Below, piece by piece: positions 37,821 to 52,600 of a stretch of DNA of 64,000 bases. The notes under the pieces are model-generated. The model was not told the origin of the DNA. It searched no databases and saw nothing but the letters and a program-made list of their open reading frames with translations. The position numbers and the translations under genes are program-made. Where the stretch lies: contig JBNJNM010000021.1 of the NCBI GenBank assembly GCA_052426225.1, positions 434,001 to 498,000 of the forward strand, given 5' to 3'. The DNA is from Zancudomyces culisetae HAW-14-8 (Eukaryota; Fungi; Kickxellomycota). The stretch's first letter is position 1, and every line of letters starts with the position of its first letter.

Positions 37821-39872
37821 ATGGGCGAAGAAATTGGCGTGCAAAAATTTAACCCCCGCGTCTACTACAACTGCAGTTGTGAAGTGAACGACAGTCAGGT
37901 AGGCAAAACCGAGGGGGGCGAAAACGATATAGTGCAATATAGAAAGAAGAAAGCGCAACACAATCCCGATCAGTTGTTTTTTTGCTACGATTGTGACGCG
38001 ATAAGATGTAAAAATTGTGTGTTTTTGGAAGCAGCAGGATTTTACTGCCCTACCTGCCTATTCGAAGTACCTATGACTTCAGTACGTGCAGAAAATAATA
38101 GCTGCGGAAGAAATTGCCATTCTTGCCCAGTTTGCGACCAAATACTGGTAGTGCTGGAGGGAAGCGGTAAAAAGGATATGAACGATGTGGATGGAGATAA
38201 AAAATATTGGTTTCAGTGCGGAGTTTGCGCATGGGATTCACGGGAGATTGGATGGGAATTTTCTAAACCCACAGGAATATCAGGTAAGAGCTTTGCAATA
38301 AGGGAGTGCTTTTTTTTATTTTTTTTAAAAAGCTGAATTAGTGGTGAGATATAAACCCTTTGAAGGTTACCAAAGGCTCCAAGATGTCTAATTAATGATA
38401 AAAAAAAAGTATGGATATTCGACTGTTGGGTATTGCTGTGAGTGGTACAAACAAATATACGTGTGTATTATACCTCAAGATAAATCAGTAATGGAAAAAA
38501 ATAGGACAAATCGCAGAACTTGGTATGAAAGTACAGGCCAGTGAGGAATTTGATAATTTGGTGCAGCACTTTAGTGAAATACAGAAACAATCAGAGGCTG
38601 AGCGCTCAAATATGACAAACACACTTAGAACATATAGAGGCATTTACAATAAGGTGTATGGAATAGAAAAAAATGCAGGGCTTGGAGCAGCAGACTCAAA
38701 TCCTAACGATAAGAACCTTAAAGAGTACAGTGCCAAGGTACATGTGGGTGAAGATCAAGCTGTGTTGATAAAGCTTGCGCAAGCAAAGACCGGAGATGAA
38801 TGTAAATGCTTTTATTGTATTATTACATGAAAGGAAAAAAAAGGCAAAAAAATATATAATACTAGTAATTGATATATTATATGCGGTATATAACACGATA
38901 TGAAAAATATTTGGTATTTTAGGCATCATGCATAAAAGAGTAAAGTAAGAGGAATTTTTCTGAATATCTGAGATATCAATTTTCTATTAAAAATTCTACT
39001 TACTATCTCTAAAGAGACTATTGATAAAAGTCATGAATATTCGGTTATACAATAGGGATAAGTATCCAAAACCCGTACATCTAGTAATGAAACCAACTAG
39101 AAGATGTAAAAAGTGTCGACATATTTTGATCAGGCCAGAAACAAAGGCACAGAGTGTTAGATACAAGATCAAGCTAATGGCGGTGAACCATGTACCAAAA
39201 ATCAGCATTCCAGTCGAGTTGGCACCTGGGAAGCCAATTCTACCTAGCAAGGGATTTACCACGGGCAAATACTATATCCCCATCAGAATAGCAAATCCCA
39301 TGTATGTTCCAATTGATGTAGAGTTGGCGGTGTTAGATAGTGAAAAAGTAGGAGCACATGTGATTAAAACTACCGAAATAAAGGCAAGGTTCGTTCCAGA
39401 TAAAGTACACATAAATGAATACAGAGAACTTTGGGAATATGATGAGGATATGGAGGAGGATAGAGACGGGTTAGAAGGGAATCATGCTGTGGATTTTGAG
39501 ACGGAATACCAGTACAAATGTCAGTATAGGTCGGGAAAAGGTTTGACTAAAGGCGGGTTAGAGGAGGATGTACAAACTGTGATTTATAAAAGGTGCATTG
39601 AGCCACAGAAACAAGATGTTTTAAGTAGAAGTGGGAACAAAGTTTTGATCGTGTTGGAGCTTGACATACTAAAACCGAGAGCTTCAATTGGCGTTTCGGT
39701 GATGATGAAGTATCGATATAAAAAATCTGTGGAAATTGAGGACTCAAGTAGGGGAAGTGGATCCTTGATGGACACTGGAGAAGATGGACAGCAGCAGCAA
39801 AGTGAACAAATTCAAGAGCAGATAGTGCTGCAAACAGTAGAAAACTCTGTCTTTTTTGATCTTGAGTTTTAG
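37821..39872 (+). CDS. DCTN4: Dynactin subunit p62; exons 37821-38283, 38505-38801, 38923-38944, 39056-39872
   Basis: Cys-rich LFFCYDCDAIRCKNC..YCPTCLFEVP..CGRNCHSCPVC..CGVCAWDS, and TRRCKKCRHILIRPE..YKIKLMA. Confidence 0.88.
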
Positions 39873-40153
39873 GCATTTTCACTTTTATTTTCATTTCCCA
39901 CTTTTTTTCCTGCATGGCATGCTTTTCCTTGCATAGATCATTATAAACATGTGCTCCAGGTTATGGATGACTTATTTAACGCAATTGATATACAGGCTAT
40001 TGTTGGTACATTTCGCGGAATATATTTTTCCAGGAATAGTTTAATTGTAATATTCAAGAAAGTAAAAGATAAATTGACAAATTTATGAACACAAAATAGA
40101 ACAAATCGCAAAACTTGAGAAAAAAGGGGGGGGAGTGTAGTTTAGCAATAAAT

Positions 40154-43100
40154 TCAAGAATCACTGGAGTAAAGGGCCTCGTCATTCTCTGGTGCCAAAT
40201 TGATATTCTTAAAGTGGGGATCCTTTGGCTTTTCAAGGGAAGTAGTAAGGTCATTAATCAGTTTTACTTGGGAGGTAATATCTGAAGTGTCGACTGAGCT
40301 GGCAGGAGTAGCTGGAAAATCATCTGAGTCGAAGAATTTGTTTTGTGCATTCGTGGAAGAATCCGCGTCCGCATCAACAGAAAATTCAAAATCAGGATCA
40401 ACCTTTGAGTAGGCTAGTTTAACAGGATGTAGATGCAGAAATTCGGCCAATTTTTCATCTTTCAATGTTACTAGTCCTAATTGTTTGAGTACAACGCCTT
40501 CAACTTTTGCCATTAGCTTGACCAAAATGCTCAAGTCGGCATAATTATCACCGTCGTCGTTGATCATTTTATTTTTAACGTGGTTGATCAGCACCGATAT
40601 TTTCTTGAGTTCCAACTCCTTTTTGGCCTTATACTGTTCACGCATAACTATGTTAACATTGACAGAATCGGCAAAAACAAGCTCTTCATACTTTAAACTG
40701 TCAACTACCAGCTTGGTCACAAGTTGAATCATCGTTTTTAGTACTTGGTAGTCTTCAAGGCTACTGTTTGCTGCCACCAATGCATCTGTGCCTATCTGGA
40801 AATACCATGAGATATCGAAAAACCCTTCTATATTTTGTACATTGATATTAAGACTGCTCAGAATATCTTTAGAAATCTTGGGATCTATCCATGACAGTAA
40901 CTGGAGAGCCACTTCATATGGAGTTTTAATACTTGGGTTTACCGATTTCAAATCGTTGTAGGCCCTCGTGTATTCAACAAGGATATCTACAACCAACCCG
41001 GCCATCCTTTGTTGGTTTAAGCTAGAAGAATAGCAGAATGCCGGGAAAAAGTATGATAAACACTGTAGAAACTTTGAGTTGTCTGCCTTTTCTGGGTGGA
41101 AATACAAAATACACAGATTTTTTAGTACCAAGTCTGCCTCACTGATCTTTCGTGCATATAGCAGTTTGCATAACCCTTCCGCTGAAATCGCCTGAATCTC
41201 ATAACTTTCGCTTGCCAGTCCATCCATAAATATAGAAATAATTTCACCGGGTTCTAAATTAGATCCCACCACCTCTACGCCATACACAAAGCACAAATCG
41301 AACAAAGCTTTTAAGCCGTGAATTTGGAGCTCTTCAGTTCCTTGATTACATACTGCAATTAGTAGTTCCGCATTTCCAACTGCCATCTGCTTATCAAGAA
41401 GTGCACAAAGAGCCAAGCAATCTATGCCACACTTGAGTAGTGCCGGTTCGTGTTGTGTGAGTGCTGGAGATACATATTCCTGAGTCAACGCATACACTAC
41501 TGAACTCTCTGTCAACGTTTTGTAACACCTTTCTAGAAGCGCTCTTATAATATATAGTCCTTTGAGCTGCGTCAAAAGTTCCACAGATTTTTTGTCCTCT
41601 TCACCAAGTACGAGAACAGCCTCTTCTCCAGACTGCTGCACCTCGCTAATAACTTCGACAATAATTTGTGTAAAATCTGTTTCATCGACAGATAGCCTCT
41701 TAATAATGTCCACTATGTGTCCTATATGCACCTCTGATATGTCTGGTATAAGCAGCAATCTCCGCATCAATGTAAGCATTTCTCTTCTTCCAAGTTCGTC
41801 CATAAAGTCGCTTAGTTTTGCTACCAGCAATAGCTGCAGTATGATATAATCCACCTCCGCATCAGCTTCGTCAAAATTCGGTTCTCCCTCGTCCATGTTA
41901 TCTCTATCCTCATTGGATCTTATTTCTAGTTGCTTATTTATACATCTTACAATATCCAGAACCTCGGGAATACGCTCATCCAACTTTGCAAATTCTTTTC
42001 TTTCTTTGAAAAACTCCAACGTATGCCTCAGCAAAAACGCCGACTCGGGCTTCAGTTCTTGCCATATGTTACCACTAAACTCTATTAACTCTGCTATCTC
42101 TGGAAACGCTCGGAGTAAGCATTTTACCGTCTCGTCTGCAATTTCGCTGTCAACAACATCTAAACCTTCAAACAGCTTGGCTAGATCATTGCCTGCACTT
42201 TTTAACCAACACCCAGCCACCATTTCTATACACGCCTGTCGTACTGCCGCGTCTCTGTCTCTTATTCCAGCCATAAGAAGATCCTCCCTCTTTTCTATTG
42301 ATAGGGTCTTGTAGTCTATTTTGCTCATAATTTTGCTAAATAGATATTTGCGGTTTGTCTTGTCAACATCCCGACTTCGTTCAAGTAGATATGGGATTGT
42401 AACTTCGCTGGGCTCCAATGCCAGCATCACTACTCGGCGTACTTCTGCACTTTGCTCGTATCTGGTCAGCCTACACAGCTTTACAACCGTCTGGTTTTCT
42501 TCGTGCTCCAGTCCTATTACTAATCTACACAATGCTACTGCTGCATTTCCTCGAACCTTTGATTCTTTGTCCAAAAGTCTTTTTTCCAGTATTTCAATCA
42601 ATACTTCGTATATCTCCTCGCTAAAATTCATTTAAATGTACATTATTAGAATAAATGTATATATGCGACCTTAGTCTACGGCTAAAGACTGCACTTACTC
42701 GATTTCCTTTAACAAAACTATCAACATTGACACCAATTGGCAACAACGCAGTCTGACCATTTTTTCTTTGGCCTCAAACCCTTTCATCAAATGCAACATC
42801 AATGATTCTGTAAATCTCGAGGTTAGTGTATCTGTATTTTGGACCTCTTCAATCTCTTGTGTTTTATTCTTTTTGCGGCCATTGATAAACTTTTGTTCTG
42901 TTGGTATTTTTAAAAGGTTATCATTAGTATTAGTGTTTGCATTTGTATATTATATAAATAATTAAGCTTTAAAAGTTTAAATAATATGCATATGAATATG
43001 AACATGAATATAGATATAGATATAGATATAGATATAGATATAGATATAGATATTTCTACAAGATAGGATAAACAAAAAAAAAGTACCTCTGTTGAAACCA

Positions 43101-43426
43101 TATCGAATAAAGGTAAGCACAAATTTAATAATCCGATCGGCGGCTTCCGTCTTTTTCTTTATACTCAGTACAACATTCAACAATTCAATGAACTCGTCTA
43201 AGAAATAGTCCTCATGTTCGCCAACTTTTCCTACACCAAAATCTTTTCTACCTAGTTCTTGATATTTTCTCAATTCCACAGCTAATTTCTGATGTATAGA
43301 ACCAGAGGTTTGAGACGCATTGAAGATTCTAATAATTTCTGTTTCGAAGCTACTGTCAACATCCATATCATCGCCGGAAATTACTTCCTGCTTGGATTTT
43401 TTGCCTTTTTTCTGAGTTTTGGTCAT
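40154..43426 (-). CDS. YCG1: Condensin HEAT subunit Ycg1/CAP-G/Cnd3; exons 43426-43087, 42897-42699, 42620-40154
   Basis: IFNASQTSGSIHQKL, GFEAKEKMVRLRCCQL, RLLDKESKVR, AEVRR..LERSRDVD, DFMDELGRR, EGLCKLL, LQCLSYFFPAF. Confidence 0.9.
43008..43052. repeat. (ATATAG)n microsatellite in YCG1 intron 1
   Basis: About seven tandem ATATAG units. Confidence 0.85.
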
Positions 43427-44318
43427 GCTATTTGGTTATTTCGATGATTTGCTTTTTGATTTCCTCCAGAATTATAAAATTATACACACTCTTGGGTGTT
43501 GATATAATATAACGGTGAGAATTGCTCAAATCGAATAAACCTTGGTAATAGAAAGCTGTTTAAATGTTTTTATTTACTTTACAAACAAAAAATATGTTGA
43601 ATCAACAAATAAACCTATCAACCCATTGGCCCAGCTTATTTACACTTATCGTTTTTGCTATTTGTTGTATGTTAAATAAATTCCCCCAATTTAATAACAT
43701 CAATCTAGTAAACACCAAAGATGAGCAGCAAATGTGTCTAAATTATAACATCATTTAAAATGGTTTATCAACTGTCTTGGATATGTGATTAGCTTTTGAT
43801 AATCGAACATGTTATAATTACAATATGCTTAAGCATGCTAAAACATCTTGATTACACGTTTATTGAATGTTCAGTATTATGTTTAAGCTATACAAGTAAG
43901 TAGAAATCGCATAACCATTAAACCAATGTTTAATAACTGAAGCGTTTTTTTCTGGATCATGTTTAATTCAAGTTGTAATAAAACTATCGATAATAACAAT
44001 TCCATCAAAAAGAATACAAAAGGTTGTATATCAAATTATGTTGGAAAGCATGATGATTATCTAAAAGTAAGACGGTCGGCATTTGCAAGGAGAGATATAT
44101 ACTAAAGAGAATAAGTGCGCTTTACTTGATATTGAAAATAACTACTTTAATAGTAATAAGCTCATTTATAAAAATAAATAGTAAAATGGCTCGAGACCAG
44201 AGTATATCAGAACAATCGGTGCTAGTTCAAATTCAAACATCAACATTGCTGGAAAATGCCACCACTCACAAAAACAAACTACAGAGTACAAAAAAAGTAC
44301 AAAAAAATACAAAAAACG

Positions 44319-44390
44319 GGGCTCTGCCGGGAATTGAACCCGGGACCTCTCCCACCCTAAGGGAGAATCATGCCTCTAGACCACAGAACC
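44319..44390 (-). tRNA. tRNA-Pro(AGG)
   Basis: GGTTCTG TGGTCTAGAGGCATGATT CTCCC-TTAGGGT-GGGAG AGGTC CCGGG-TTCAATT-CCCGG CAGAGCC C. Followed by an oligo-T Pol III terminator. Confidence 0.95.
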
Positions 44391-44394
44391 CAGA

Positions 44395-44465
44395 TGCGTC
44401 AGCCGGGAGTCGAACCCGGGCCAATTGCTTGGAAGGCAACTATTCTACCGCTATACTACTAACGC
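44395..44465 (-). tRNA. tRNA-Gly(TCC)
   Basis: GCGTTAG TAGTATAGCGGTAGAATA GTTGC-CTTCCAA-GCAAT TGGC CCGGG-TTCGACT-CCCGG CTGACGC A. Confidence 0.95.
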
Positions 44466-46426
44466 ACATTTTTTAAAAAGTTTTTATAAAAAAATATATT
44501 TTTGTGCATTTTATTAAAATTTTAAACGGTTTTAGGCTTGATATTAGACTTGTGTGTTGTTTTGGGGAGCTACTTATATAAGGAAATGATAAAGAGTTAA
44601 TTTTCAGCATTGGTTTAGGTATTTTACATTATATTAATGTTTATGTAAAAGTTATTTAAAGTAGAAATTATGACTTTTTCTACTCAATTTGAAGGTGCAA
44701 AAAATCATTTCATGCTTTTGCTACTATGATTAGGTATAATTTTTGCATTTATTCACTTTAATGAAAAGACAATTTTAAGTATATCAAGGTATTAATATTT
44801 ATCATATTGATGGTATCTATAATATTTATGATATTTATGATAATTTCATTTAAACGTAGATGCCTATATCACAAATTGTTATAACACTTTTTTTATTTAA
44901 AGATCCAAATACAAATATAAAACATGTGGATATAATGATTATCTTAACTTTGTACACATCGTATTGGATTAAGACAAGAAACATTACTACAGTTTAATAG
45001 TTAAGTTAGTCTATTCACTATCTTGTTTTAGTTTGATATGTGTCACTTTTTTTTTATGCGTATCAAATGAATTCATTAAATAAATACATCAAGTAAAAAA
45101 GAAAACAACTATTGATATCGTGATACCAATGTGCCTGTAATTTAGCTTGCAACTATTAGAATACCAGCTTTTAGTATACTTTGTGTGTATTTACCACAAC
45201 TTGGTAATGCATTGAGATTAAAACGCTTTGGTCTCTAGACTTGATGATTTTTCGTTGATTTAAGTTTTATCACCTACTCTGGTGTTTCAGCACAATTCTT
45301 TGTTTATTTTGATAAAACGAGCATTTTTCGCAATCATTACATTTTAACTCTTTTTGATGAATGTGTTACAAAAAAAGAGAAAGAAACAATCCTTGTCACA
45401 AAATGTAATGACTATTCACAACTCACCCAACCTTTCCCCCATTCGCCCACATTAATCATTTGGTTAGTGATGATATAAAACTAACAAGAAACTGCTAATA
45501 ACTGCGGGATTAATAGTATCCCAGTATATTTCAAAGCACAACGTGCAGCATATTGCAGGTTCCGTCTACACTATAGTGAGCGTGGGGGTGTACCAGAATA
45601 GAGGAATGATGGCTATGGGTTTTATTTGAACAATCAAGTAAATCCACACACCCATAACCATGTAGCTTTTTACATTCTTTTTCTATTTTGTTTTATTTGT
45701 TGGGCTTTAATTACATATTTTCCATCAAAGGCGATTAAATTCACCGCATAGTTTTATTAGCTTGGCCAAACAAAAGATGCATTAGAAAAGATGCGTATTA
45801 TTGGTTGTAGAGTTTTAGAAATAAAGTAATTTGCGATTGTTATTGCTCAACATTATGTGCGATTATTACTTCATTTGTAATCGTCAGATGTTTTTGATTC
45901 ATTTATTAACATGCTTTTTTCGCTTGTTAGGGAAACGACAGGACATAAACAGTCAACACATTTGCAAAGCTTGTGTAACTCTGCTAGAAACCATTACAAG
46001 GTGAAAAAAAAAACGAATCCATTTAGTAATCTTTGGGAGCAAGGAGGGCTTGGTTTGTGAATTAGAGTTATGAATTGTCCCACTCTGGTGATAAAAGCAA
46101 AATTTAACGAGCCTAGAGAAAGAAAAATAAATAAAAGCAAGTACAGAATAGGCATTATTTGTTCTTCAACAACTGGTTTAGTGTATTATCATTACCGTTA
46201 AAGTATATAGTCATTCTTTCATCTTTCCTTCATAGATTATAAATACGAAATTATAGGAATTTGAGGACATCGTGGATCATTTTCACACTACAACATTGAT
46301 CATTATCTAGGAAACATTTGGAATATTAATTTTAAGCATCTTTGAAAGAGCAAACAAGCTAGAAAAGCAAAAATAAATAAATAAAAGGAAAACAAAGTAC
46401 AATAAAAAAAGAATAAAAAAGCAGAA

Positions 46427-48865
46427 ATGAACATTGGTAGAGTAAATAGAGAGCCTGCAAAATATCATTCATATGCTGGGACAATGAAACGTGGCAGTAG
46501 AGAGCCACAAAATTCAGGAACTTTAACCATAAATGCAAGAGAACGCCCTGCAAGCGCAATATTTTTTGCAAAGGCTAATCATCCTCTCCCCCAAAGTAAG
46601 TATATTTTATATTTATTTAGCAATTTTATCTGATACAAACTTGAAAGTGGATGATCGAAGGAGTATCAGTGAAATGTATTTTATTCTGCAGAATACAGAG
46701 TAAAGAGTACATAGGCCATGAGCCATAGACTATGGGATATGAGCTATGGGCTATATGATTAGTGAATATAAAATTTACAAATAATTGAACTAATAAACTA
46801 ATCCAGCCTATACTGAATTTTTTTAAAAATAGTAACACAAATCGATGAATTATTTGAAAGCCTCGCACAATATGAAGATATGCTGGAAGAAATGGCAGTA
46901 GTAAGCCTTGATCCAGTGTTCAAAGAGGAGCTAAATGCGATTGACCAGTGGTTTTCTGTGCTTACCGAGGCAGAACGAACAGCAGCACTGTACAGTTTGG
47001 TGCAACATGCAAGCGATTTGCAAGTCAAATTCCTTATAACGATTTTACAGCAAATGGCTAGAATGGATCATTCACCCATCCAGCCAAATGATACCAGCCC
47101 AATAGCAGGTCAGGGTGGCTCGCTGTACGATAATACTAGTAACGAAGGATATGCAAACGATATCGTGCGAGCAGGTAAGAACGGAGGTTTTTATGACACG
47201 CGAGAATATAGAAGCAGAGACAACGGCATAGATATGACTAGAGAAAGAGGTGGAAGCGTTGAAGGAGGCACAGGCTATGGATTGGGATATTTGGATGTCC
47301 AATCGCGGGGTAAGAACAGCTTTTCTGAGACACAGAACGGAGAACTGTACGCCTCGGGATGGGCTCGAGAAGTGCTTCCAGAAGCTTTTGGAAGCCCAGG
47401 CCCGACACAAGGTGTTTCAAGAGCACGCGACTCATACAATCGGCCAGAGCAACTTTCGGCTCATAATGCTTCGAATGGCCATGGATATTTGGGGGCATCA
47501 CGGTGGGCAAAAAGCTCGTTCAACAACCCAGGAGCTACCATTGGGGAGACAGTTGGAAGCCGGAGAAGTATATTTGTGGACAGACCCAAATCTTCAAGCG
47601 ACGCAGATCAAAATCCAGACTGGAGAAGCAAGCCAACAGCCACACAACTACCACCTCTAAATATGCTTGGAAACACCGTAGGCGTTGGTCAAACGCATGG
47701 AAATGGACCACATACATCACCTATTGGTGTTGGAGGTTCTGGGATAGGTCAATCTGGATTGAACACACACAACTATCTTCTTAATAGACAAGGTTATACA
47801 GAGAAGGATCGACGATCCATAAGATGGTCGACGTTTAGCGATAGCCTTGATTCTTACATGCCGATGAGCAAAGAATCAACATCTAGCATTTCCAACATTA
47901 GAGACAACTCTACCATTGGCAATCGACTTTCGATAGTTTTGGGGTCTAATAGAGATTCCAGCAGTGTACTCCCTCCTCCACCCGGCGTGTACTCTTCTTC
48001 AATATCAAACACATCAAATAACCTAACGCTGCTTAGGTCTATTCACACATCAAACTCACACCCAACTGCAAATTCTATACCGTTTCCTGCAGATTCCTCG
48101 AACCCCCCACCTTCTTCCCTCAGCCACAGCATTCCAGTATCTCATCCAGAAACTTCTTCCCGCGGAGCTTCTATCTCCTCTGGAAAATCATCAACAACCA
48201 ATGACATCCACCGAACATCTGCAGCCAAAATTGATCCTTCCTCGACCTCCAGTCTACTAGCATCTCCCTCGACAAGGACCACTGAGAGAGCCTTTACAAC
48301 CGATGAACGAGAGAGATTTAGTGGATCAACAACCACTGCCACTAACAACAATGCGTCAAGCATACCGCTCAAACCTACCTCAGACAATTCTTTACCACTT
48401 CCTGCCAATTCCACCAACTCAATGGGTCATTCTGTTCAAACGCTATCTACGACAACACCTAGTCACAAACAGCCATCACAGTCCATCACTGACAAATTTT
48501 CCACTTTTACAGTTACATCTGCTCCCAATACCACCAACAACAACGGTGTCAAAGCTAGCTCAACCACAGACGCAGCCAACAATAATACCAGTATTTCTGC
48601 TGCGTTCAACCCCAATAGCGCTGCTATTTCTCTGCCAAATACAGCCAAGGATCCAAGCGTTGATTTTGAAATCCTGAACGATATTCCTTCATGGATGAAA
48701 AGCCTCCGCTTGCACAAATACACACATTGTTTTGAAGGCATGACGTACCTGGATATTATTAAGTTGGATGATTCTCAACTCTCCAAACTGGGTGTTCAGG
48801 CTCTGGGTGCCAGGCGCAAAATGTTGAAGATTTTTGACCAAATCAAAGCCTCTTTGAGCTCTTAA
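46427..48865 (+). CDS. VTS1: Vts1/Smaug-family SAM-domain RNA-binding protein; exons 46427-46595, 46833-48865
   Basis: [43 protein letters not shown], and C-terminal SAM domain [30 protein letters not shown]. Confidence 0.92.
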
Positions 48866-49643
48866 AAAAAAACAAGAGAAGATGTGTCCATATTGCTTTT
48901 GCAAATAGCACTAACCCTGAAAATGACAATACCTTTATTATTATTATTACTACTCTTTGGCGAAATGATGCTGGATAGTACTTGGACTCATGACAAGCAT
49001 TCAATTGCTTTTGCCAACTAACTGCTTTCAAACATTTCTTCATCGTATCTATGCTATCTTGGATTCTATTATAATTTATAACCACTCTCTGGATATATCA
49101 ATATTCCACACTATTGTTATTCTTTTTTTTTTTGATTCGAGTTCAATCACTTTATTTTTTAATAAAAACGAAATCTTCATCCTATGAGTATTAGCCATTA
49201 ACTGTATCTTTATTTAAAGAAGCATTACAGAAAGATAAAACTCATTATTTAGACACGCAAAAAAGGAATCAATAGTTCAACTTGAATAAAGTACTATCTG
49301 GGGTCTGGCTATCTTGCTGAAACTGTCATCAGCTACGCCAATTTTTATCTGCATATATCCTTTTTTTTTTATCCTTAACTACACACACCAACTTTTGTTT
49401 TATGAATACTAGAAATTTTAAACCAATAGACATCAAGTTTTTATCCTCGTTAATGGGCGAATAACCTTCAAGATAAATATCGTTTTCTTTTTAGTTAATT
49501 AACTGCGAGTAGACTGCGTGACAAAAAAAAGGGTAATCAGAAAACAAACAAATAAATAAAAAGTGGAGGTAAATATATCTTTCATAAGGTTTAGTATAGT
49601 TTGTTTGTAGGATAAAATACCAAAATAAAAGGGTGTTGAGAGA

Positions 49644-52600
49644 ATGAGCAATTATTCGGGTACGAATGGAAATAAACGAAGAAAAAAAAACGAATCTCAA
49701 ATCATAGTTGACTTGACGAATTACTGGGATTTATATTTTGACGATTTGGGTAAGAAAGCTTTTTACTTTGTTGACTTGTAATATGGAATAAGTAAATTTA
49801 TGCATATATCCATGTTTATCTATTTTCTATATTCGTTAAATTTGAACTTATTTTGTGAGTTTTGGAAGAGGGGAAGAGGGGAAGAGGGGAAAAACAAAAC
49901 AGAGCACAAACAAACCTTTTCAATATCAATTAACTAGATGTATACTCTACAAGCGAGCTGCACAAAGAAAAGATTGAATTTCTGGACATTGTTGCGAGAA
50001 GACTAATTGATAGAAGAATCAAAGTAAGTATCTGAATATTTTTATCTACTGATTCTGTAATAACGAAATTAAGACGATCAAATAACCAACATTAATATTA
50101 TATATTGTTGTTAAATGCATACTAGGTTAATGAAATTGAAAAAACTTTTTTGCTAGAATACTCGGTGCTCATAAACACCATCAAGGAATGTTTGAAGCTT
50201 ACAAATCAAAACACCTATACAATAACATCAGCGCTTGTTGGTATCGACTATGGAGATACAGGTCAAAACAGTGAAAAAAATCAACTAAAACTTCGTGAAT
50301 ACGAAGATTGGATACGAAATCAACCCGAAAGTGCACTCAAAACCATCAATGCGCTTATTTCAAAGGTATGGTATATATGATCTGTATATAATACCAATAT
50401 TGACAATCACATGTAGTTGTATTAGTACAAATTTAAAAAAATAAAAATTATACCACTACTTATTTAGAATCTTGGGGAGACTAATGCCAAAAAGAAAAGC
50501 TTTTTCAGTACCACAAGGTTTAATCTGCGAATACTAAACTTTGGGCCGATAACAACCATCCAAACGATCAAATCAAACATGATTAGAAAGCTGATCACTA
50601 TTAAAGGAACAAGTAAGGTTTAAACATTTACCCATTTCATGCTATTTTATATACCTATCCTTTAATATTTTTTTAATAATTAAGTAAATGTAATGGTATA
50701 ATGGTACGATGTAATATGACATATTATGATATACCACAACAGTAGTGAGAAGCTCGCCAACAAAGCCATTATTAACACAGGGAGCTTTTAAATGCAAAGC
50801 ATGTGGAGCTGTGACAATCAAGGCGGTTAAAGACGGAACGTTCGAAATGCCAAATCGATGTCTTGGAACCATTCTAGATTTAGATGAAGGCGGAGGAGGA
50901 GGAGGAGGAGGAGGAGGAGGAGAGCTTGCTAGTGGTGGTGGTAGTGGATCGTGCAAGAGTCGAATGTTTGACCTAGTAAAAAGTAGTTTTTTGCGTGAAC
51001 AAACAAAGATAATCAACTGGAAGGAGATAAAAGTACAGGAAAAAATAGGAGCTGGGGTTGGAGTTGGAGGTGATGATGAGTTTGGTGATGTATTTGGAAG
51101 TGGGTTTGACGAGGGGCGAAAGGACGAAGAAGGAAGAATACCCAAAAGTATCAATGTAGAATTAACACACGAAATGACAGAAGGGATAGTCCCTGGTGAT
51201 ACAGTACAGGTTACCGGAATATTAAAGACAATGAGCGCAGATGATGGGGGCGGTGGAGGAGGAAGGAGACAACGTCAAAATTCAATGTTCAATATGTACA
51301 TCGATGCGGTTTCAATAGCCAAGGTTGGGGAAAGTACAAGTGGAGGAGCTGGTGTAGGAGAGTATACAACTATGGATCGTGAAATTATTACGAGTCAGTT
51401 TACAAATAGCGACTTGGAGTTTATTGAAGAGGTTCGTAAACAACCAAACATATTTAGGCTGTTAGTTCAGTCATTTTGTCCGTCGATATTTGGGAATGAG
51501 TTGGTTAAGGCAGGGTTGCTCTTGGGAATCTTTGGTGGGAGTAATAAGTTCAATGATGGTAGTGGTGTTGGTGCTGTGGAAATCAATACGAGTAACAATG
51601 ATGATGGCAATAATGAAGCCAATGGTGCAGCTGATGGCGTAGCCAAAAGCAGGAGCGGTAATACTGGTGGAAAAGGTGAGCTCAAAATCCGCAACAACTC
51701 TCATATTTTAGTGGTTGGTGACCCAGGACTCGGAAAATCACAGATGCTAACATTTGCAAGTGGAATCTCGCCGCGCGGCGTATACGTTTGTGGAACTAGT
51801 GGGATATCGAGTACAGGTCTTACGGTTACGTTGGTCAAAGAAGCGGGTACTTCGGACTTTGCGCTGGAGGCAGGCGCACTAGTACTCAGCGATATGGGAT
51901 GCTGCTGTATTGACGAGTTTGACAAACTCGTGAGCAACCATGAGGCATTATTAGAAGCCATGGAGCAACAATCTGTGAGTATTGCTAAGGGTGGAATTGT
52001 GTGTACTCTACCTGCCAGAGTTAGTGTGTTGGCTGCGGCAAACCCGGTTGGTGGACACTACAATAAATCCAAGACTGTTTCAGAAAACCTGAAAATGAAT
52101 TCTGCACTGCTTTCGAGGTTTGATTTGATTTTTATTCTGCTGGATAAACCGAACGCAAACAAGGACAAGTATCTTTCTGAACACGTCATGGCACTGCATT
52201 CGGGAGTGAGTAAAAGAGACAGAAGACACTGGGGTGGTAAGTATAGGGATGGAGAATCAATATGGAGAATCAATATGGAGAATCGGGGGGTTGGTAGTAA
52301 CGAATAAATTAATTTGCTTGTGTTTATTTAATGTATAAACCACTAATACTAATACTAATTACATATTAACTTTGATAATTTAAATAGAACAACGTCGAGG
52401 CAATAATGGTAGAGCCATTGGTGACACAAATCTAAATACACAACTATCGCTACAGTCAAGCAATGAACCCTCATATGGTAATAGCAGGAATGGAGAAACA
52501 CTTTTGGAAATGCTTCAGGGCACACAAAGCGACAACTACGATGACTATACTGATGGAAGTACAAAAGAACAGCAACTGGATTTGATTCCAAAACACCTCT

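Noticed and set aside
44126-44476. 116-aa ORF on the + strand
   Set aside because: Runs antisense through the two tRNA genes.
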